From: Paecilomyces variotii
Lineage: Eukaryota
Direction: 5' to 3' (one strand)
DNA length: 64,000 bases
Assembly (NCBI GenBank): GCA_004022145.1
Contig: RCNU01000002.1
Each line of letters opens with the position of its first letter. The first letter of the stretch is position 1. Made by a program: the position numbers and the translations under genes. Of this stretch, positions 55,756-64,000 are shown piece by piece. The notes under the pieces were generated by a model. The model saw nothing but the letters and a program-made list of their open reading frames with translations, searched no databases and was not told the DNA's origin.

Positions 55756-57788
55756 TCACCATCGACGACTAGTTCTGTTAGTGGAAGTATAACCATGAAT
55801 GGCATAAGCATATATTACCTGTAAGCAGACTCTATCTGGGGCCGTTTCCGCTTAGATTTGGAGGGCACATCGTCTTCTTGTCGTCTCGGCCCATCATTTC
55901 CTGATTCATGAGAATCGTTCCGCCGTGTCCTATTATTCGCTCCAGATCGTGATTGTGTGGAGGGTTGAAACTTCGGTCCGCCATCTCCAGGGTGCAGATC
56001 TGATCTCCGCGCTCTTTGCTGCGGCTTCTCTTGTGGATTATTATGACATGTGGGTAAGTGGGTGTCTCCTGGCCTTTTCTTTCCTTGTGATGGACCATTC
56101 GAATCAGTCCCTCGATCGTGGTAGCTTTGACTAGGGAAGTCATTTCCCCGTTTGGGATGTCTATGATCGGATGCATTTCTTTGGTTGGGTTGTCGGGAAA
56201 ACCTGCCTAAATGATCACCCCGTTCTGTGCCTTTGCGTGACGGTCTTGTAGACTGTCAGCAATCTTCACTCTTCAATAGTCACTGAACACTTACAAGGAG
56301 TTCCGTTCCTGACTTAAGTCCCTATCATAACCGCAATCGGGATCCAGGGACTCTATTTCATCAAAGGCCCTCTTTGGCCCTCTGTTGATCCCTGGGGAGT
56401 CTTCAGCGTATTCCCGCGAAGACTCCAAGGCACGTCTGTCTTCATTCTCTTTTCTAACCTGAATGCGTCCATCATCTGTGATATCGAAATCGTCTACAAC
56501 CGGCCCAGAATCGTGCTTCGATGCTTTCTCAGAAATCTCGCCCTCTTCGGCTTCGTTGATAACATTAACATTATGAGTTGCGTAAACTTCTTCGCGGCGG
56601 GAGATGAGTTCCTTGATAGATATTAATGGACAGTCCATTTGAATTTCGCGGAAAATAGGGTCATCCATGACAGACGGCCAGTCTTCTGTATCTCGAATAT
56701 GACGCTCAAATTCTGCTGGGAACTTGTTCAGGATGTACTTCGAAACTGATATACCCGGCTCTAGAGTCGCAAAAGGGAGAGGTTCGTCGAAGTCTAAGAA
56801 CCTTGACGAAAGGGGCCGGGCAACAGGATTGGGCGGCCTCCAGACTTTATTACATTAGCCAATCGCTTAACAATTATCCATCATAACTTACTGATCTGGC
56901 CTTCAGAAGAAGTTGATGTAAGCCAACCATCCGATGACTGCATTCCTTCAGTCCAAGGCCCTGAATGCGGCGTAGTATATGGTGTGTCATCCCAGGAAGG
57001 CTGATAGTCCCGAGGCTGTCCAGACATGGGGTGTGTTGATGAATAGTGGTTATAGCCTTGGCAGGAAGATTTCTGGTCACTGCCGAAAGAAAGCTGCGGT
57101 GGCTGTGGAGGAAAGTAACCCTGATATTGATGGCCACTATGGGCCGAAACAGGGCTCGGGAACTGAGAGTTGGCCGAAGCCATAGGCGTGGGCAACCCGT
57201 ATGGCCCACACTGCGGATAAGGCTGAGCGGGAGAAGGATACGGAGGGCACTGCTGCCATGGGCTTGATGCCTGGGAGTGTGCTGAGACTGGCGTTGGAGG
57301 GTAGCTACCATATGGCATGTAGCTAGTCTGAGCTTGTGATTGCGGAGTATACATATATGGCGCTCCATACTGCTGCTTCCTATGATCTGATATTGGATAA
57401 CGAGTAACGACCGGCTCCCCTATCTTTTGCCGTTTTGAGGGACGAGGGTTGCCATCAACAGCACTGATATCGTGTCAGCAATATATACGTGCAATATCTG
57501 ATGGCATTAGTCCTACGGCACTCACTTTGGGACTGTCTTTCGAGGCCCCGGGCAGTCCTGAGCCCAATGTCCTGGCGAGCCACAGTTGAAACATGACTGA
57601 GATCCAGGAATCCTCCGTGGCCCTTCATTGCGTCCAACTTTCCCTGAATGGAACTGAGGGTTGTATGGAGGTCGCTTGTGAAGTAGCTTAGGTCTTTGTT
57701 TTCTTTCCTTGTGCCCTAGTTCACCACGTTGTTGAGGAGACTGTTGGAACAGAGGTTTGCCCTCCCCGGGAGATGGATATGGATCCAT
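55756..57788 (-). CDS. CCHC zinc-knuckle protein, about 5 exons, ending in a 13-nt terminal coding exon
   Basis: CFNCGSPGHWAQDC knuckle, P/Q/Y-rich region, EDWPSVMDDPIFREI, and ...RQEDDVPSKSKRKRPQIESAYS|RRW*. Donors and acceptors with branch points are visible. Confidence 0.75.
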
Positions 57789-58674
57789 GCCAGGCAACAA
57801 TATCGGTATTCCAAAGATAGCTCGTGCAAAGAGTGACGGAATAGCACTTTGAGAACATTGGCCAGGACAAGAAAATAATGGATATAAGATACCTAAGCAA
57901 GTCAATGGCAAGACATCCAATACTTCAGCGGGAGATCCCCTTCGTAAACTTGACGCAAGTAGTGAATGAGCATAATTCAAGTGAGATACAAAAATGGCAG
58001 AGTATTTTAAGAAAGCAGAACAATATAGCCTGCTGATCTCTGCGGGAAAAGAGTGCTATCTAGAAGATCAGGCACAGCTTCTCCGGCGATAGGTGTCGCT
58101 TTCTTAAATTAAATGTGGAGAACTTCGAATTCAGTTCCAAAGAACGGGAGCGACGCTGGGCCAAAGGACGCCTCTGTCATTCAATTAGCATTGATGAAAA
58201 TCATATATATACGAGGTCCAAAGTATTAGTAACAGAGCAACTGGATATATAAACCCCTTGATCATTCCAGGGGAAAGACTCGATGAAATTCCCCAGCCAA
58301 AGAGCTGTTCACGTGCACTTCCGGCCGGATCCCAATAGAGCAGGCGGTTGAGCGGGGCAGAAGGGACCAAAACCAGCCTTGGCGGTCTGGAGCAGCTTCG
58401 GGGAACTCCAGAGGCGAACTCCACTGTGCGTGGGATCTCCAGATCGCGCCGCGGCATCGACTGACCTGCACGTTCTTTGCTCTGTCTGTCTGGGACCTGT
58501 TGACAGCTGCCTTTTGTCCCGGGCCATAATGAGAGCTGCATACACCGCTCAAGCACATCTATCTACTGCTCTGCTGCCCCGATAACTCTCGCTCGCTCGT
58601 CCCGTGCTTGCTTACCTTTTCGCCTCCTTGCCCTCTGAATCCACCGCCACCACGGTACACAGAACGCTGTCGTG

Positions 58675-59741
58675 ATGCCCGGATTACCATGTATGGTGCT
58701 CTTCCGCATGCTTGTCTACCGAGGCTGACAATGTTACAGCTAGTATCGACCTAGATGAGTGCATCGAACGGCTCTACAAGAAAGAACTCCTCGCAGACTC
58801 AGTCATTGAGGCAATATGCGCCAAAGCGAAGGAATTGTTGATGAAGGAGAGTAACGTTGTCCACATTGCTGCTCCGGTAACTGTCGTTGGAGATATACAC
58901 GGTCAATTTTTCGACATGATCGAGATATTCAAGATAGGCGGTTTCTGTCCCAACACAAACTACCTTTTTCTGGGTCAGTGTTTCTTGAGGGAAAGATGAC
59001 GGCCGAATTGTTCACTGACAGCATGTAGGGGATTATGTCGATCGTGGGTTGTTCAGTGTGGAGACAATTTCTCTGCTGGTCTGCTTGAAGCTACGATACC
59101 CACAACGTGTTCATTTGATCCGCGGAAATCATGAGTCTCGAGGTGTCACACAGTCATACGGTTTCTACACGGAATGCGCTCGAAAATATGGCAATGCCAA
59201 TGTCTGGCATTATTTCACCGATATGTTTGATTTCCTCACTTTGAGTGTCGTCATCAATGACCAGATCTTCTGCGTGCACGGCGGCCTTTCACCGTCTATC
59301 CACTCTATAGATCAAATCAAGATCATCGACCGGTTCCGGGAGATACCACATGAGGGACCCATGGCTGATTTGGTTTGGTCGGATCCGGATACGGAACGTG
59401 ACGAATTTTCTTTATCTCCGCGAGGTGCGGGTTATACATTTGGTGCCCAGGTCGTTCGGAAATTCCTCGAAGTTAACAGCATGTCGCACATTCTTCGGGC
59501 TCATCAGTTGTGTCAGGAAGGGTACCAGATCCTATACGACGATCGTCTCAGCACGGTGTGGAGTGCACCCAATTACTGCTATAGATGTGGAAACCTCGCC
59601 AGTGTCCTCGAAGTAAGCGATTCGGGTGAAAGGTTCTTCAACATTTTTGACGCAGCTCCGGAAAACGACATCCATCGCAGCGAGCAGCAAGCACAGCAGA
59701 ATAAGGACGGACAGAGCCCTGTGATTGACTACTTCTTATGA
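58675..59741 (+). CDS. PPG1: PP2A-like Ser/Thr phosphatase catalytic subunit, Ppg1 type, 3 exons
   Basis: [48 protein letters not shown]-terminal DYFL. Confidence 0.9.
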
Positions 59742-60023
59742 TACCCCTGGTTTAATGCAATATGTGGAGTTCGGTATAAGGGCATTTTATAGACAGCATT
59801 GACATCTTAGAGAATCATTCGGATATCTGTATCGAGCAAAGACTTGGTTTGGTTTCTTGGAAATTCGCCATTAAATGGCGATCATTTGTTCCTCGATCGA
59901 GCTGCAGAGCTGTCGAGTTGTGGTCGCTGGGTCAGGTAAATCGCTAACAAAACAAAAGAGGTTTGTTTGGGACGAAATGGTTTTTTCTTTCTTCGTTGAA
60001 AACTTGGTCGTAATCACAATCTC

Positions 60024-60977
60024 CTACCAGTCCTTTGCAATGTCGAAAGACCACTCGAACATAAGATGTGTGTGGTCGTCGTCGTCCACGAACTTGGAGA
60101 TGGCGTTGTAGTGTCCTCGGGCAATCATGCCCGAAGGGGCTTCCTCTTCGTTGACTGCAATTCGTTAATCTCGACACTTCTTTGCTCGCAAGGGAATCTC
60201 GTATCTTACATTTCTTCTCATAAGTGGGCTTGTCGGTAGTGTTTGGAGCATAGCTTCCCTGTTTCGCTTGTCAGCTCCAGTTTCCCAGAGACCAAGGCGA
60301 ATCCAGACTTACCAGCATCTCTTCATCCTTGCTCACTCTGATACCCTTACGCTTGACGACCTGAAGGTACTTCAGGCCGCTCAGGACCTCATGCTGGACC
60401 TGGAACACGGCCTTGATACGGAACTTGGCACCCTCCTTGATCGTGAAGGGCTTGTCCTTCAGCGTGTCGAGGGCACCGGGTCCCGTAAGGTCGACAACAA
60501 TATCAGGGCGTCCTTCAGTCTCGAGGGCCAGGGATTTGATGATGCATTTTCTGGGATCGTTAGGGTCTGCAATTGTGTTGCCGGTGTTCAGACCCAGAGA
60601 CGCCTTCCATCGGTTGAGCGCTTCGTCATCCGCATCTAGCAGGTCAATTGTCAGTGTCAAGGTCTTCTACAGATGACTCTGAGAATATGGACAGCCTCCG
60701 ATAGGAAAGTTGGAGACAAGTGGAGAGCTTGAAATGTCGCTAGTCACTTGGAGTAGCTGGCTGTGTAGCTCTTCCAATAGACAAGCTTACTGAGAGGGGA
60801 TACATATTCCCAAGAAGGGAATAATAATGTGAAATGACGTCTTTCTAGGCAGGGTAGCAAATAAAAGGAGGGCCATCATTTACCAAGCTTCTGATATTCC
60901 TCTAGTGTCTTCTTCTCTCCGACCTTGAAGCCTTCCGTCTTGGTGGCGGCGAGCTCGTCATCGTGATGGTCGGCCAT
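60024..60977 (-). CDS. rdiA: Rho GDP-dissociation inhibitor, 4 exons
   Basis: MADHHDDEL..GFKVGEKKTLEEYQKL|DADDEALNRWKASLGL, FTIKEG, VLSGLKY, EEAPSGMIARGHY, FEWSFDIAKDW*. Confidence 0.95.
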
Positions 60978-63350
60978 GTTGCTTATTGTTTAATGTGAAG
61001 AAGATCCTTGTCAAACTTCTGGACGTATCAATGAACCTGTGGGGGCCAAGTAAATCGAAGGGAGATTAGACCCGTGAACAGTGAGCTGTACAAAGCGGTG
61101 TCGAGAAACGACAGACAACTGGACGGTCCGATGACAATGGGTCCAGGCAGGTTAAGGATATCAGATCCCAATATGATATGTAATGTGCAGCTATAGCCAC
61201 GCAGGAAGAAGCACCGGGAGGGGCAATGAAAGAGGGAAAAGAAACGTTGGTTGAAGAAGAGGGGAGGGAAAAGGAGATGTGTTGGCGTCCCAGGGGCTCT
61301 CTTCTATCACGGTGGGGTTGCTGGAAAGGCGGTGGGAAGAGGGGTGTGTTTTAGAACAACGGGGGATGGGCCGAGAACTCCAACCATGGATCAAGCTTTC
61401 CGGGCCGGCTTCACGGTTGCTGCCGAGTAGCCTGGGCGTTAACTATTATTGTTTAAGTCGGAAAGATATTCTCAATTATCTTCCATTGTGAATCGATGGC
61501 AAATGCGACAAGATAAAGCTGAAAAAAAGTCGACAGTAGAAGCGATGCCAGTTGAAACTTGACGGTGCATCGATGAGTTGTTCTACTTAGTATGCCTGAG
61601 GCTGCACATCGCTGTATCATCAGCTGTCTAATTCCTCCGGAACTGAGCTGTTCTTATCAACACCCTCTCCCTTCAAAGCCGATCTAATCGAGATCAATAT
61701 AACTAACTATGCTGGGTATTTGAAAAGAGATCCCGCCAGCTGGTCTCGAGCCTTGTGAGAAAAGGATGCGAGGTACGGATTACTGATTCGAAGAATCCCC
61801 CCATCCTGCATATCAATCTCATCCAGAGTCTACTTTGTTGGCCATATGTTGTACGGTATCGCTTCCTCCTATTATTGCTTCCTCTTGGTGACTCAAACCG
61901 AAAGATATGAGACTCAGCCTTGCCCTGAGTGGATCATCTTGTTTCATTTCATAGACACGATGACACCACGTGGCTAATTATGTGTGTCCATACTTCAGAG
62001 TCTCATTTGGGGAAACGAAATGCGTTCTATGCCACCGCATTATTATTTGTACAGTATCTACCTGCGGCACGTCTTAGCTTGAGCTAGTACATAGTGAGAT
62101 GACTTGGTTAGTGGGAGCTAAACGAGGCTGCGCTGGAACCTTAGGTACCCAAATTCAAGGCCGCAATGCGGGTCGAAGCCTCATCCTTCTGAGATCTTCG
62201 CGGGAAGAGAGCTCTATTCAGGCGGCATTCGCTTCAGGTAATGCCAGTGAGATCTACTCTACGAAGGTGAGTGAGCTCTGGGTAGTGTGAAAATGCTCAA
62301 TGATGCCAACAAGATGTCTCCGTAAGTATTGTCGTTGAAAAGGCAATATGGTGTAGTCAAAACTAGCTAACTATAGGCCGCCAGAAGGCAACGAACAATC
62401 AGTATTAGCAACACTGGTTAGTTAGGGGGAAGAAAGTCGTTAGTCAACACCAGAAAGTCCCATAGTTATGTGTTGTGGTGCGTGTTTCGTCCCATCTTTC
62501 CCTACATGGTGGACATGAATATAGTTACGACCTACCACCTAGTCTACGCACCACGTGGCAACCAGAGTGATATGGGATGCTTCATTTTTGCATGTTTGAT
62601 TAGTTCGGTTCAGTATACTCCAAGAATTGGCAGCATGACGGGGAGTGAAGTCAGCATATTCTCTAGTAGTGATCATGGCTGGCTTCCTTCACGGTGACGG
62701 CATTCCGTTTTCGATCCATGGAATAGGGAAACCCTAGCCCTACTTTCCTCCTTGGGAAACCTGGTGGCCGCCGGATTTTCCAGGGAGCTCAGGCAGCGAT
62801 ACGGCCCGTGGTATTGCGTTCGTCACAGGATACCGGGGATTCGACGAACCGTTGGGCAATCCGCTCGTGGTGGAGTGCATGACGCTATGCCTGTCTCTGC
62901 GTTTCCCGCCAGGGAGATCGCTGTCATACGGCGCCCGGAACAGTCAGTTACGGTAAGTTACGCGCCCTGTCCCAGCAACGAACGAAGGAAGGTTGGATTC
63001 TTCCCTCCCCTATCTGCGATTAATGATCTCTCCCGCCCTTGCAAGTCACCTCCGCTTCTGCCAACGCGGCTTGCTCTCTCTCCCAACGACAACCTGCACT
63101 CGCCGTTTGCGCCCGCCTGTTCGTCGACTTGCTATCTTCCTCCCTTTTCGGGCAATCGTCCGGAATCCGTCGAGGAACGCGCCTGCAACGTGGCAGCCGT
63201 GAGTGTCGCATCTTACGTGACCGACCCGAGTAGGCGACCGCGCAACCTCAACTACGTCCCCTCATCCCCAGTCCCCTTCGAGGCGCATTTCATCGTCCTG
63301 CATCATAGCAGCTCTCGCGAGATACTCTCTCGAGATTCAATATAATCGCT

Positions 63351-64000
63351 ATGGCGCGATCGCTACCAAAGAAGCACAACCCGCTCATCCTTCCGGACGC
63401 GTCCCCTTCCTGTAAGTTTCTACCTTCCGTCGCTAGGCGCGCGCTGCGGCCGACCGCGCGACTCTCCCCAGGTACTTCCGATACTGCATCGCCAGAGCAT
63501 CGTAGCTGACACGCGCTCTCTCCTGGGATGTCGCAGATGAGGAACTTCTTGGACGTCGTCGATTGGGAAAGACAAATCTGTCGGTTAAGCCGGCACAGAT
63601 AGGCACGTCCAATGCCACGAAACCAGAAAACCTGGGTCCCTTCGAATATGCCCATCTGCGTGCGCCCTTGCCAGAGGACCTTTCAGGATCCGAGATTTTC
63701 CCATCTCACAACCCGACGCAACATCCGGTGACTTATTTCTTGATGGTATGTGCCTGCATCGTCTCACCGCCCCCTCAGAGCGTAACTCTCGAGCTTTTGA
63801 TCGACTAACAGTCTTTCTCCCACTCCACAGCGACGAAGCAAGGATGGCTACATCAGCGCGACTGGCATGTTCAAGATCGCATTCCCGTGGGCAAAGTTGG
63901 ATGAGGAAAAAGCAGAACGGGAGTATCTGAAGTCAAAGACGGAAACCAGCCAAGACGAAATTGCTGGCAACGTCTGGATCTCCCCCGAACTTGGTACGCC
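63351..64000 (+). CDS. APSES/KilA-N-domain protein, Bqt4-like; truncated by the window end
   Basis: MARSLPKKHNP..., RRRLGKTNL, FEYAHLRAPLP, YFLM|RRSKDGYISATGMFKIAFPW, EIAGNVWISPE across GT-AG introns. Confidence 0.85.

Noticed and set aside
62752-63345. 197-aa ORF upstream of the APSES gene
   Set aside because: TTG start, no motifs, and it overlaps the GC-rich promoter/leader of the Bqt4-like gene.
1-64000. Transposons, CRISPR arrays, rRNA, secondary-metabolite core genes, TGA-CTA readthrough PTS1 signals
   Set aside because: I saw no transposase/RT/integrase motifs, terminal repeats, spaced direct repeats, PKS/NRPS domains, or readthrough contexts at the stop codons I checked.

Overview
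Eukaryotic, intron-rich fungal DNA. Gene content and short GT-AG introns with CTAAC/CTGAC branch points point to a Eurotiales mould related to Aspergillus/Paecilomyces (inference). I can support about 24 protein-coding genes, one canonical tRNA-Ile(AAT) and one aberrant tRNA-like element. The backbone is a housekeeping run: TVP15-like, sreA, D-amino-acid oxidase, OTU deubiquitinase, thioredoxin, NECAP, eIF2B-alpha, Nuf2, AP-3 beta, zinc-knuckle protein, Ppg1, Rho-GDI and a Bqt4-like APSES gene. The two strongest leads are (1) a thioredoxin with a 59-codon in-frame extension that has no AUG, starts at a GUG in CACC-GUG-G context and reads as a mitochondrial presequence, and (2) an accessory block at 17.4-24.5 kb where a calcineurin-like phosphoesterase sits head-to-head with two tandem nucleotidyltransferase-fold genes (one AbiEii/MenT-like), next to a bacterial-type HhH protein and a CapA-family phosphoesterase. 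Other notable items are a ~1.1-kb AUG-free region and a CBC/HapX-type motif upstream of sreA, a GC-AG intron required for eIF2B-alpha, and a possible divergent Rad51 paralogue. Exon boundaries were read by eye, family calls come from motif recognition, and no database searches were run.
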